A stretch of 60,664 bases of DNA, counting the filler, from an uncultured bacterium (GTDB lineage Bacteria; Auribacterota; CAZIXI01), in assembly GCA_964543115.1 (NCBI GenBank). It is 4 parts of 4 records of this genome, joined end to end, with 100 filler letters (N's around TTAATTAATTAA, not from the genome) between each part and the next. Parts side by side here need not be neighbours in the genome. Positions count along the whole stretch, not along the records: positions 1 to 15,609 come from CAZIXI010000056.1; 3 more parts are not named here. The stretch is one strand, 5' to 3'. The notes under the pieces are model-generated. The model worked only from the letters and a program-made list of their open reading frames with translations. It was not told the origin of the DNA and did not search any database. Each line of letters begins with the position of its first letter. Position 1 is the first letter of the stretch. Below, in pieces: positions 1 through 8,642 of this stretch. Made by a program: the position numbers and the translations under genes.

Positions 1-1
1 C

Positions 2-871
2 GATGCCTCACTGGCCTGTATCCGTGAGATTGGCGTGGCCACCGGCGGATCCAATATCCAGTTTGCGGTTAATCCTGATAATGGCCGGATGGTGGTGATT
101 GAAATGAATCCGCGGGTCTCCCGCAGTTCTGCGCTGGCCTCTAAGGCTACCGGGTTCCCGATTGCCAAGATTGCCGCTAAGCTGGCGGTCGGTTATACCC
201 TGGATGAGATCCCCAATGATATTACACAGGAAACACCGGCCTGTTTTGAGCCCACGATTGATTATTGTGTGGTTAAGATTCCCCGTTTTACTTTTGAGAA
301 GTTCCCAGCCACCAATCCGGCGCTGACAGTATCAATGAAATCCGTGGGTGAGGCGATGGCTATCGGCCGGACCTTTAAAGAATCGCTGCAGAAAGGTTTA
401 CGTTCGCTGGAGGTTGGACTGAGCGGACTTGATGATCTGCCGGTAAGGTTGAGTGAACGGGATTTGCTGCAGAAACTAAGGGTACCCAACGCCGAAAGGA
501 TACTTTATATTAAGCAGGCATTGCAACACGGTATAAGTATTGATAGAATATACAGAATTACCGGCATTGACCGCTGGTTTCTGGCTAATATAGAAGAGAT
601 TATTGCTTGTGAAAAAGAGCTGTCCCGCTGGCATAAAAAGAAGCTAACCAAGTTTCCGGTGGATTTATTGCGTAAGGCCAAGGAATATGGTTTCAGTGAC
701 CGGCAATTAGCCGTACTTTTGGGAACAAGTGAAGAGTTCATGAGCAAATTCCGCCGGCAGCTGAAGGTAGGGGTGATCTATAAATTAGTGGATACCTGCG
801 GGGCGGAGTTTGAGGCCTATACGCCGTATTATTATTCGACATACGAAACAGAAAACGAATCACAAACATAA
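2..871 (+). CDS. carB: Carbamoyl-phosphate synthase large subunit, N-terminal half only (split CarB); 5' end lies outside the window
   Basis: The frame is open from base 2 ([25 protein letters not shown]). Motifs [38 protein letters not shown] and [20 protein letters not shown] are present. TAA at 869-871 falls at the end of the oligomerisation domain. Confidence 0.93.
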   Translation, partial: DASLACIREIGVATGGSNIQFAVNPDNGRMVVIEMNPRVSRSSALASKATGFPIAKIAAKLAVGYTLDEIPNDITQETPACFEPTIDYCVVKIPRFTFEKFPATNPALTVSMKSVGEAMAIGRTFKESLQKGLRSLEVGLSGLDDLPVRLSERDLLQKLRVPNAERILYIKQALQHGISIDRIYRITGIDRWFLANIEEIIACEKELSRWHKKKLTKFPVDLLRKAKEYGFSDRQLAVLLGTSEEFMSKFRRQLKVGVIYKLVDTCGAEFEAYTPYYYSTYETENESQT

Positions 872-898
872 GAATACGGGCAAAGCCTGTATTAAAAC

Positions 899-2455
899 AT
901 GAAAAGTAATGGTCAAAATAAAGATTGGGTTGCCATTTTGGATTTTGGGTCGCAGTACACACACCTTATTGCCCGGCGGATCAGGGAATGCGGTATTTAT
1001 TCTGAGATTGTCCCCTATACAATCAGTGTCAAGGAGATCCTCTCATGGACCCCTAAGGCCATAATTCTTTCCGGCGGACCGGCCAGTGTGCTTTCCGGCC
1101 GGGCACCGGTATGCCGGCGGCAGATACTGGAACTGGGGATTCCAGTCTTGGGTATATGCTACGGGGCGCAGTTAATCGCCAGATTTCTTGGCGGCCGGGT
1201 GGGTAAGGCCACAGCCAGGGAATACGGGCATGCGCTGCTTAAGGTGAAGAACAGGGCGGGATTGTTTAAAAAGCTGGCGGCGAAAGAGCCGATCTGGATG
1301 AGTCATGGTGACCGGATTGTTAAGTTGCCGCGGGGTTTTAGGGTTATCGGGGCAACAGCCAATTCACCGGTAGCGGCCATGGCCTGCCGGCAGCAAAGGA
1401 TCTATGGCGTGCAGTTTCATCCGGAAGTGGTGCATACGCCTAAAGGTAAACGCATGTTGCGTAATTTTCTTTTTGATATTGCCGGCTGCCGACGATCCTG
1501 GAGTATGCAGTCGTTTGTCAGGCAGTCAATAAAGGAATTAAGGGTAAAAGTAGGTAAGGAAAAAGTTCTCTGCGGATTAAGCGGGGGAGTGGATTCTTCG
1601 GTTCTGGCGGTTTTACTGCACCGGGCGATCGGGAAGAATCTAATTGCTATGTTTATTGATAACGGACTTTTACGCAAACAAGAGGCGACGCTGGTAGAGA
1701 AACGCTTTAAAAAGAAGTATAAAATTAATCTAAAGACGATAGATGCCCGGGCAGAGTTTTTAAAGGCCCTGAAAGGGGTGCAGGATCCGGAGAAGAAACG
1801 CAAAATTATTGGCCGGACGTTTATCCGGGTTTTTGAGAAAGAAGCGAAAAAATTCGGCCGGATAGAATATCTGGCCCAGGGTACCCTTTATCCTGATGTG
1901 ATTGAGAGCCGCTCACCCGTGGGTGGACCGTCGGCAACCATTAAAACCCATCATAATGTCGGCGGCTTACCGAAACGGCTTAAGTTTAAATTGATTGAGC
2001 CGTTAAAGGAGTTATTTAAGGATGAGGTGAGGTTGGTGGGTAAGGAACTGGGGCTGCCCGAAGAGATGATTCACCGGCAGCCTTTTCCGGGACCGGGCCT
2101 GGCGGTGCGTATTCTAGGCGCGGTTACGGAAAAGCGGCTGGATTTATTGCGGGAAGCGGATTGGATCCTAATTGATGAAATAAAGAAAGCTGGCGTATAT
2201 CGGAAGCTATGGCAGTCATTTTGCGTACTGCTGCCGATAAAAACTGTCGGGGTGATGGGGGATGAACGTACATATGAGAACGCGGTGGTTGTGCGCGCGG
2301 TAACTAGTGAGGATGCCATGACTGCTCAATGGGCCAAGCTGCCGTATAAGTTGCTGGAGGTAGTCTCTAACCGGATTATAAATGAGGTGACGGGGATTAA
2401 CCGGGTGGTGTATGATATTTCCTCGAAACCTCCCAGTACGATAGAATGGGAATAA
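899..2455 (+). CDS. guaA: GMP synthase (glutamine-hydrolysing)
   Basis: Motifs [13 protein letters not shown] (catalytic Cys), [35 protein letters not shown] and C-terminal KPPSTIEWE. Confidence 0.98.
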   Translation: MKSNGQNKDWVAILDFGSQYTHLIARRIRECGIYSEIVPYTISVKEILSWTPKAIILSGGPASVLSGRAPVCRRQILELGIPVLGICYGAQLIARFLGGRVGKATAREYGHALLKVKNRAGLFKKLAAKEPIWMSHGDRIVKLPRGFRVIGATANSPVAAMACRQQRIYGVQFHPEVVHTPKGKRMLRNFLFDIAGCRRSWSMQSFVRQSIKELRVKVGKEKVLCGLSGGVDSSVLAVLLHRAIGKNLIAMFIDNGLLRKQEATLVEKRFKKKYKINLKTIDARAEFLKALKGVQDPEKKRKIIGRTFIRVFEKEAKKFGRIEYLAQGTLYPDVIESRSPVGGPSATIKTHHNVGGLPKRLKFKLIEPLKELFKDEVRLVGKELGLPEEMIHRQPFPGPGLAVRILGAVTEKRLDLLREADWILIDEIKKAGVYRKLWQSFCVLLPIKTVGVMGDERTYENAVVVRAVTSEDAMTAQWAKLPYKLLEVVSNRIINEVTGINRVVYDISSKPPSTIEWE

Positions 2456-2460
2456 AAGCG

Positions 2461-2495
2461 GTTTCTAGTTTATAGTTTATGGTTTATGGTTTTCA
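2461..2495. repeat. Five imperfect tandem heptamers (GTTTMTR-like) in the guaA-purS spacer
   Basis: Read directly: gtttcta gtttata gtttatg gtttatg gttttca. Confidence 0.7.
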
Positions 2496-2512
2496 TTGTG
2501 GAGGAATAGAGT

Positions 2513-2758
2513 ATGATAGAAGCTGAGGTTTATATTTCGTTGAAGAAGACGGTGGCGGATCCGCAGGGATTGACGGTCAAACATGCATTAGAATCTCTGG
2601 ATTATCAGGGTATTGATAAGGTGCGGATGGGAAAAATGGTTAATCTTACCCTGGCCACAGATGATCAGGCGGAAGCAAAGAAGCAAATAACTGAGATGTG
2701 CCAGAAACTGCTGGCCAATCCGATCATTGAAGATTTTCGCTTTGAAATAAAGAAATAG
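2513..2758 (+). CDS. purS: FGAM synthase subunit PurS
   Basis: 81 aa with DPQG and LLANPIIEDF motifs, GGAGG RBS upstream, located before purQ-purL. Confidence 0.95.
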   Translation: MIEAEVYISLKKTVADPQGLTVKHALESLDYQGIDKVRMGKMVNLTLATDDQAEAKKQITEMCQKLLANPIIEDFRFEIKK

Positions 2759-2793
2759 TACGCAGATCTGTAGTGTTTGTGCAAATCTGCGTA
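2759..2793. repeat. Inverted repeat/hairpin directly after the purS stop
   Basis: TACGCAGAT (2759-2767) and ATCTGCGTA (2785-2793) form a perfect 9-bp stem with a 17-nt loop and no U-tract. Confidence 0.6.
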
Positions 2794-2806
2794 GTATGCA
2801 AAAATT

Positions 2807-3514
2807 ATGAAATTTGGTGTGGTGGTTTTTCCCGGTTCTAATTGTGACCAGGACTGTTATCACGTGGTTAGTGACGTGATGCGGCAGCCGGTGGAGTACG
2901 TCTGGCATAAGCAGCCGCGGCTGGATGGCCTGGACTGTATTATTGTGCCCGGCGGATTCAGTTATGGTGATTATCTTCGGGCAGGGGCCATTGCCAGGTT
3001 TTCTCCGATTATGAAAAAGATTGTTACCTTCGCGAAACAGGGCGGCCTGGTTATCGGGATATGTAACGGGTTTCAGATCCTCTTAGAATCCGGACTGCTT
3101 CCCGGGGCGATGCTGCGTAACCGTGACCTGCATTTTATTTGTAAGTATGTGTATTTAAAAATAGAAAATAACACTACGCCCTTTACCAATCAATGCCGGC
3201 AGGGACAGATTTTACGCATTCCCATAGCTCATAACGAAGGGAATTATTATATTGATCAAGCGGGGCTGGCGGAATTAAAAAAGAATGAACAGATTGTATT
3301 CCGTTATTGCGATGGAGAGGGTAAGGTAGGCGATGATACTAATCCCAACGGTGCCCTGGAGAACATTGCCGGTATTTGTAATAAGCAAGGCAATGTCCTG
3401 GGGATGATGCCTCATCCAGAACGCTGTTCGGAGCCGGAACTGGGCTCTGTTGATGGAAAACTGATATTTCAATCGATGGTTACTAGTTTAAAAGAAAAGA
3501 TAAATAGCCACTGA
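2807..3514 (+). CDS. purQ: FGAM synthase glutaminase subunit PurQ
   Basis: Motifs [31 protein letters not shown] and GMMPHPER. Confidence 0.97.
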   Translation: MKFGVVVFPGSNCDQDCYHVVSDVMRQPVEYVWHKQPRLDGLDCIIVPGGFSYGDYLRAGAIARFSPIMKKIVTFAKQGGLVIGICNGFQILLESGLLPGAMLRNRDLHFICKYVYLKIENNTTPFTNQCRQGQILRIPIAHNEGNYYIDQAGLAELKKNEQIVFRYCDGEGKVGDDTNPNGALENIAGICNKQGNVLGMMPHPERCSEPELGSVDGKLIFQSMVTSLKEKINSH

Positions 3515-3576
3515 TTGCACTGATTTTTTGAAATATATTTTTTCTCTTCAGTGATAATTAGTGAAATCTGTGGCTA
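3505..3576. repeat. REP-like palindromic intergenic element
   Basis: TAGCCACTGATT...AATCTGTGGCTA outer arms (11 of 12 complementary) with inner CACTGA/TCAGTG units. A related copy lies at 24400-24474. Confidence 0.65.
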
Positions 3577-3591
3577 AAAAGTGGAGATATA

Positions 3592-5781
3592 ATGGATACA
3601 GCTGTTTATCGGGCATTAGGATTAACTGACGAGGAATACCAGAAGATACTGCAGATTCTCGGGCGCGAGCCCACCCCCACGGAAGTGGCCATGTATTCGG
3701 TGGAATGGTCGGAACATTGCGGTTATCCCCGGAGCCGTAAATGGCTCAGTCTATTTCCTAAAACCGGTAAATATGAGGCCCTGGTGGGTGAGGATTCCGG
3801 CGGTATTGTTGTTGATGAGTTGGCGATTATCTTTAAGATGGAGAGTCATAACCATCCTTCTCAGGTGGAGCCTAAACAGGGCGCGGCCACCGGGGTGGGT
3901 GGGATTATCCGCGATATTTTTACTGCCGGCAGCCGGCCGATTGCTTCATTGAATTCTCTCCGTTTCGGGCCGTTAACCGAACCCTATAATCGTTATTTGT
4001 TGAAGGGCGTTGTGGACGGTATTCAATTTTACGGCAATTGTATTGGAGTGCCCACGGTAGGTGGTGAAATCTATTTTGATGAAAGTTACAGTGGTAACTG
4101 TCTGGTAAATGCCATGAGTATAGGGATTGCTGCCCGTAAGGATCTGGCCCGGGCGCAGGCCAGGGGGATTGGTAATTCCATTATGTATGTTGGTTCCAGT
4201 ACCGGTAAAGACGGTATCGGCGGCTGCAGTGTGTTGGCCTCGGCGGAATTTTCTGAAGGTGAAGAAAAGCGCCCGACGGTGCAGATTGGTGATCCGTTTA
4301 CGGAAAAATGCCTGATTGAAGCCACCTTAGAGGCGATGCGCACGGGCTATGTTACGGGAATAAAGGATATGGGTGCCGCGGGCCTAACCTGTTCGGTGAG
4401 TGAAATGGCTGAGGCCGGCGGTGTGGGGATAGAAGTGGAACTGCAGGAAGTGCCGCGCCGGGAAGAGAATATGGAGCCCTGGGAAGTGATGATGAGTGAA
4501 TCACAGGAAAGAATGCTGGCCTGTGTGGAGAAGGGCAAGGAAGCGGAAATTGAGAAGATTTTTGCTAAATGGGATTTACATGGTGTGGTGATCGGCCATG
4601 TTACAGATGATGGTCTGGTTAGGATTAAGGACCGGGGAAAGATAGTCGCGGAGATGTCGGCAAAATCCCTTACTAATGCCCCGATTTATGATATGCCGGC
4701 AGAAAAACCGGCTGAGCTGGATAAATTAAATAAGCAGGATTTTAGTAAACTTCCTGTTCCTGAAAATTTTAATGAGGTTTTGCTTTCACTGCTGGCTTTG
4801 CCCACGATTGCCAGTAAGGAATGGGTGTATGGACAATATGATCATATGGTGCAGACCAATACCATGGTTCTACCGGGTTCCGACGCGGCGGTGATCAAAT
4901 TAAAAGGAATGAAGAAGGCGCTGGCCGCAACCACTGATTGTAACAGCCGTTATTGTTTTCTTAATCCCTACCGGGGCGCGCAGATTGCCGTTGCGGAAGC
5001 GGCGCGTAACCTGGTCTGTACGGGCGCGGAACCGGCGGCGGTTACCGATTGCCTTAATTTCGGTAATCCGGAAAAGCCTGACCGTTTTTGGCAGTTTAAA
5101 AATTGTGTTACTGGGATTGCCGATGCCTGTAAATCGTTTCAGGTGCCGGTGGTCAGCGGAAATGTTTCTTTTTATAATGAAAGCCCTAAAGGAGCGATTA
5201 ATCCCACGCCCACTATTGGCATGATCGGAATTATTGCTGATCGGACGCAAATTGCTACTGCCGGTTTTAAGGATGCTGATGATCTGGTGGTTCTTTTAGG
5301 TGAAACTAAGGAAGAACTGGGCGGGACGGAGTATTTAAAGTCAGTCCATCGGCAGGTGGCCGGAGACGCTCCCCAGCTGGATTTAGTCCTGGAAAAGCGA
5401 CTGCAGGAAACAGTGTTAGAGGCCATTAAGGGTGGTTTTATAAAATCTGCCCATGATTGCGCCGAAGGCGGGCTGGCCGTTGCCCTGGCTGAATGTTGTT
5501 TTGCGGAAGAGGAAAGGAAGGTGGGCGTAGTTGTGGATAATCTTCCGGTTGATAGTATTAGAAAGGATGCCCTGTTTTTTGGCGAGTCTCAGTCGCGGGT
5601 GGTGCTCAGCTGCCAAGAACAGGAAGTCGCTAATCTTGAGGCGATTGCCAGAAAAAATCAGGTGCCTTTCCGCGTTATTGGCCGGACGGGCGGAGATAGG
5701 CTTGTTATCGGGAAAGAGATCGATTTAGTCTTGGAAAAAGTTAATAGTGCCTATCGCAGTTTGGCGGAGAAGATAGTTTAA
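3592..5781 (+). CDS. purL: FGAM synthase subunit PurL (small type)
   Basis: 729 aa with WSEHC, KMESHNHPS, GAATGVGGIIRDI, DMGAAGL, SESQERM, QYDHMV, DCLNFGNP, SGNVSFYN and HDCAEGG. Confidence 0.97.
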   Translation: MDTAVYRALGLTDEEYQKILQILGREPTPTEVAMYSVEWSEHCGYPRSRKWLSLFPKTGKYEALVGEDSGGIVVDELAIIFKMESHNHPSQVEPKQGAATGVGGIIRDIFTAGSRPIASLNSLRFGPLTEPYNRYLLKGVVDGIQFYGNCIGVPTVGGEIYFDESYSGNCLVNAMSIGIAARKDLARAQARGIGNSIMYVGSSTGKDGIGGCSVLASAEFSEGEEKRPTVQIGDPFTEKCLIEATLEAMRTGYVTGIKDMGAAGLTCSVSEMAEAGGVGIEVELQEVPRREENMEPWEVMMSESQERMLACVEKGKEAEIEKIFAKWDLHGVVIGHVTDDGLVRIKDRGKIVAEMSAKSLTNAPIYDMPAEKPAELDKLNKQDFSKLPVPENFNEVLLSLLALPTIASKEWVYGQYDHMVQTNTMVLPGSDAAVIKLKGMKKALAATTDCNSRYCFLNPYRGAQIAVAEAARNLVCTGAEPAAVTDCLNFGNPEKPDRFWQFKNCVTGIADACKSFQVPVVSGNVSFYNESPKGAINPTPTIGMIGIIADRTQIATAGFKDADDLVVLLGETKEELGGTEYLKSVHRQVAGDAPQLDLVLEKRLQETVLEAIKGGFIKSAHDCAEGGLAVALAECCFAEEERKVGVVVDNLPVDSIRKDALFFGESQSRVVLSCQEQEVANLEAIARKNQVPFRVIGRTGGDRLVIGKEIDLVLEKVNSAYRSLAEKIV

Positions 5782-5822
5782 TTAGTTTCTAGAATCTAGA
5801 ATGATAGCTGGAAGGGAAAGGT

Positions 5823-7202
5823 ATGTGTGGAATATTCGGGATTATTGGTCATGAAGACGCGGCGCGCTTAACTTATCTGGGTCTTTATGCCTTGCAGCAT
5901 CGTGGTGAAGAGAGTGCCGGGATTGTTGCCAATAATGGTAGGCAGGTGCGTTCCCACCGGGCCATGGGTTTAGTTGCTGATGTGTTTAAGGAAAAGAATA
6001 TTCGTTCCCTGCGCGGGGAGTTGGCCGTCGGCCATGTGCGTTATTCCACTACCGGGTCCAGTAACCCCAAAAATGTTCAGCCGTTTCTGGTCAGTCACCG
6101 CAAGGCGCATATTGCCATCGCCCATAATGGTAATCTTACCAATACACTCAAACTGCGACATGTCCTGGAAGAAGAAGGGGCGATTTTTCAAACCACCATG
6201 GATTCAGAAATCATTGCCCATCTGTTGACGCGTGCGCGCAGTCAAAGCCCTCAGGAAAATGTTATTCAGGCTTTATCACAATTAGAGGGAGCTTTTTCTC
6301 TGGTGTTAATGCATGATGATCTATTAATCGGGGCGCGTGATCCGCGGGGTTTTCGGCCATTATGTCTGGGCCGTTTAGACGGTGCGTATGTTCTGGCCAG
6401 TGAAACCTGCGCCCTGGATCTGATTCAGGCGCGTTATATAAGAGATGTAGAACCGGGTGAGGTTGTTTTTATTGACCGGGAGGGGATAAGATCAGTTAAA
6501 CCTTTCCCGCCGCAGAAACATTCGTTTTGTATTTTCGAATATATCTATTTTGCCCGGCCCGATAGTAATATTTTTGGTAAAAATGTTTACCTAACCCGTA
6601 AGAATCTGGGGCGTCAGCTGGCCCGGGAGTATCCGGCGGAGTGCGATTTTGTCATGCCGATTCCGGATTCCGGCAGTTACGCGGCCGTTGGTTATGCGGA
6701 AGAGTCAAAACAACCCCGGGAAATAGGAATGATCAGGAATCATTATATCGGCCGCACATTTATTCAGCCCTCGCAGGGGATCAGGGATTTTCGGGTACGG
6801 GTGAAACTTAATCCGATTAAAGATGCCCTGAAAGCTAAGGTAATTACAATTGTTGAGGATTCCATTGTCCGGGGAACTACCAGCCGGAGCCGGGTGAAGA
6901 CCCTGCGGGAGGCCGGTGCCCGCAAGATCCATATGCGGATCAGTTGTCCGCCGATTAAGTTTCCCTGTTTTTTCGGGATAGATTTCCCGACAAAGAAAGA
7001 ACTTATTGCTTCTACGCATAGCACTGACTGGATTAAAGATTTTGTCGGTGTGGACAGCCTGGGTTACCTTAGCCTGGAAGGAATGCTGCGATCAATGTTG
7101 CTGGAGAAAGAAAAATTCTGTACCGCCTGTTTCAATGGCGACTATCCGTTAAATCCTCCGAAACGCCTTTCCAAAACCATGTTGGAGCGAAAGAATCGCT
7201 GA
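5823..7202 (+). CDS. purF: Amidophosphoribosyltransferase (Fe-S type)
   Basis: N-terminal MCGIFG nucleophile, LQHRGEE, GHVRYST, PRPP loop EDSIVRGTT, and cysteines in CIFE, CFFGID and CTAC. Confidence 0.97.
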   Translation: MCGIFGIIGHEDAARLTYLGLYALQHRGEESAGIVANNGRQVRSHRAMGLVADVFKEKNIRSLRGELAVGHVRYSTTGSSNPKNVQPFLVSHRKAHIAIAHNGNLTNTLKLRHVLEEEGAIFQTTMDSEIIAHLLTRARSQSPQENVIQALSQLEGAFSLVLMHDDLLIGARDPRGFRPLCLGRLDGAYVLASETCALDLIQARYIRDVEPGEVVFIDREGIRSVKPFPPQKHSFCIFEYIYFARPDSNIFGKNVYLTRKNLGRQLAREYPAECDFVMPIPDSGSYAAVGYAEESKQPREIGMIRNHYIGRTFIQPSQGIRDFRVRVKLNPIKDALKAKVITIVEDSIVRGTTSRSRVKTLREAGARKIHMRISCPPIKFPCFFGIDFPTKKELIASTHSTDWIKDFVGVDSLGYLSLEGMLRSMLLEKEKFCTACFNGDYPLNPPKRLSKTMLERKNR

Positions 7203-7205
7203 GTG

Positions 7206-7580
7206 CTAATTATCGAGTGATTCGAGAAATTTTCTGATGGCCTGCTTATCTTTTGTGTCGATTTCCTTAATCAGGATGCCGATCCGGTATTTCCCATCTG
7301 ACATATGGCAGGAATGTACCTCACCGCTAAAGGATAGTTCTCCCTTTTCTTTATTGGGATAAATCTGTTTTGCGTCCAGTTTTATATCCAAGAGAACTTT
7401 TTGCGGCAGGTAGACCGGGCTGACGATGCCCAGGCCGGCCGGGCTGAGGTCCACGGCAGCGGCAGTAATTTCTCTCTGGGCCAGGGTAAAATCTTTTTCC
7501 ATCGACGGTGCCACGCTAAATAGCACCGGGATTTGAATGGCGGTTCTCTGTCCGTGTCTGGTCTCTTCGGGTGTAGGCAT
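7206..7580 (-). CDS. Stand-alone PilZ-domain protein
   Basis: RxxxR (RHGQR) and DxSxxG (DLSPAG) c-di-GMP-binding motifs; last gene of the pilus cluster. Confidence 0.8.
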   Translation of the reverse strand: MPTPEETRHGQRTAIQIPVLFSVAPSMEKDFTLAQREITAAAVDLSPAGLGIVSPVYLPQKVLLDIKLDAKQIYPNKEKGELSFSGEVHSCHMSDGKYRIGILIKEIDTKDKQAIRKFLESLDN

Positions 7581-7603
7581 TTTTTCTCCCTTCTTTGTTT
7601 CTT

Positions 7604-8041
7604 TTAATATAAATACAATTCGTGTTCTTCTCCGCCTTTTTCCATAATCACGGAGGAGTCAGTTATCCCTTTAATGGTGAAATCTTCGATTCTATCCCCC
7701 TCCCGGACGATTTCTCCCCGGATAATTGCCAGTTTGCCTTGTTCGTCGACGGCAATTCCGGAGAGGTTGCTGCTGGAGAGAATAGAAGTTTCTTCCAGTA
7801 CCTGCCGCGGCCAGGAGAAAGGGTCCAGGACTTGTGTTATCTGTGGCCGCTGGGCAGACAATCTTTCCTGAATCAGGAAGAAGTTTTCTTCCGGTGGAAT
7901 TTCTGTTTTAATTTCCAGCTCTCTCTCTTTGTGAAGAGTAACCGGAATGTCCTTTTGTTTCAGGGCGGGGCCAAACCAGATCAAGCCGGCGATCAGCAGG
8001 CAGAAAATTAATATTATTCCTTGTAGTTCAGTCTTCTTCAT
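7604..8041 (-). CDS. PilP/GspC-like periplasmic assembly protein
   Basis: N-terminal TM helix, DPF motif and C-terminal beta domain (LSGIAVD..LAIIRGEIVREGD); position immediately after pilO. Confidence 0.55.
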   Translation of the reverse strand: MKKTELQGIILIFCLLIAGLIWFGPALKQKDIPVTLHKERELEIKTEIPPEENFFLIQERLSAQRPQITQVLDPFSWPRQVLEETSILSSSNLSGIAVDEQGKLAIIRGEIVREGDRIEDFTIKGITDSSVIMEKGGEEHELYLY

Positions 8042-8642
8042 AATGATAAACCGCTATTTTGAGGTTGATCGCTAATCGGGGAGCGATTTCCGTATTTTGG
8101 TGAATGGAAAAATTTTTAACTAATATTAATCTGGATAATTGCCGCAGGCTCTCCAGATAGGCAGCAAACTGCTGATAATCAGCCTCCAGGGTAATGGTAA
8201 TTGGGGTTTCCATGTAGTTGGCTGTCTCTGGTTCGGCTATAGCAGTGTCGGTTGTGTCAATGATTGTGTCATCGGGGCTGGGGGCCAATAGTTCTCCCGG
8301 CGCGGCTTTACCGGGTTGAATGGTCAGCAAGGTAAAATCCAATTCTTTTGCCGGTTGAGTGATTTGTTCAATCAATGGTGTAATTTCCGGTTTCCGGGGG
8401 ATTTTGGCCTGAATAGCTTTCAGGAGGGAGAGGTTTCTTTCTTCCGTGGTGTCAAAGGCCGCGGGATCAGCGGCAATTATCTGCAGACAGTTAATTTTTT
8501 CTTTTAACCTGTCAATTTCTCTCTTGGTGGAGGCCGCCTTCCGCCAGCGGGGGATATAAAAGCTGACTAAAGCTAGCAGGAAAACGACTGCCAGGGCCAG
8601 AATGTGTATTTTTTGGCGGTCTATTTGTTTAGTTAGTTTCAT
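8028..8642 (-). CDS. pilO: Type IV pilus alignment protein PilO (GspM-like)
   Basis: TM helix plus coiled coil, IPRKPEITPLIEQI, and YMETPITITLEADYQQFAAYLESLRQLSRLI, typical of PilO. Confidence 0.8.
   Translation of the reverse strand: MKLTKQIDRQKIHILALAVVFLLALVSFYIPRWRKAASTKREIDRLKEKINCLQIIAADPAAFDTTEERNLSLLKAIQAKIPRKPEITPLIEQITQPAKELDFTLLTIQPGKAAPGELLAPSPDDTIIDTTDTAIAEPETANYMETPITITLEADYQQFAAYLESLRQLSRLILVKNFSIHQNTEIAPRLAINLKIAVYHYEED

Noticed and set aside
872..5822. Purine riboswitch or intrinsic terminators in the purine operon spacers
   Set aside because: The spacers are short. The hairpins lack U-tracts and match the repeat family rather than any aptamer I recognise.
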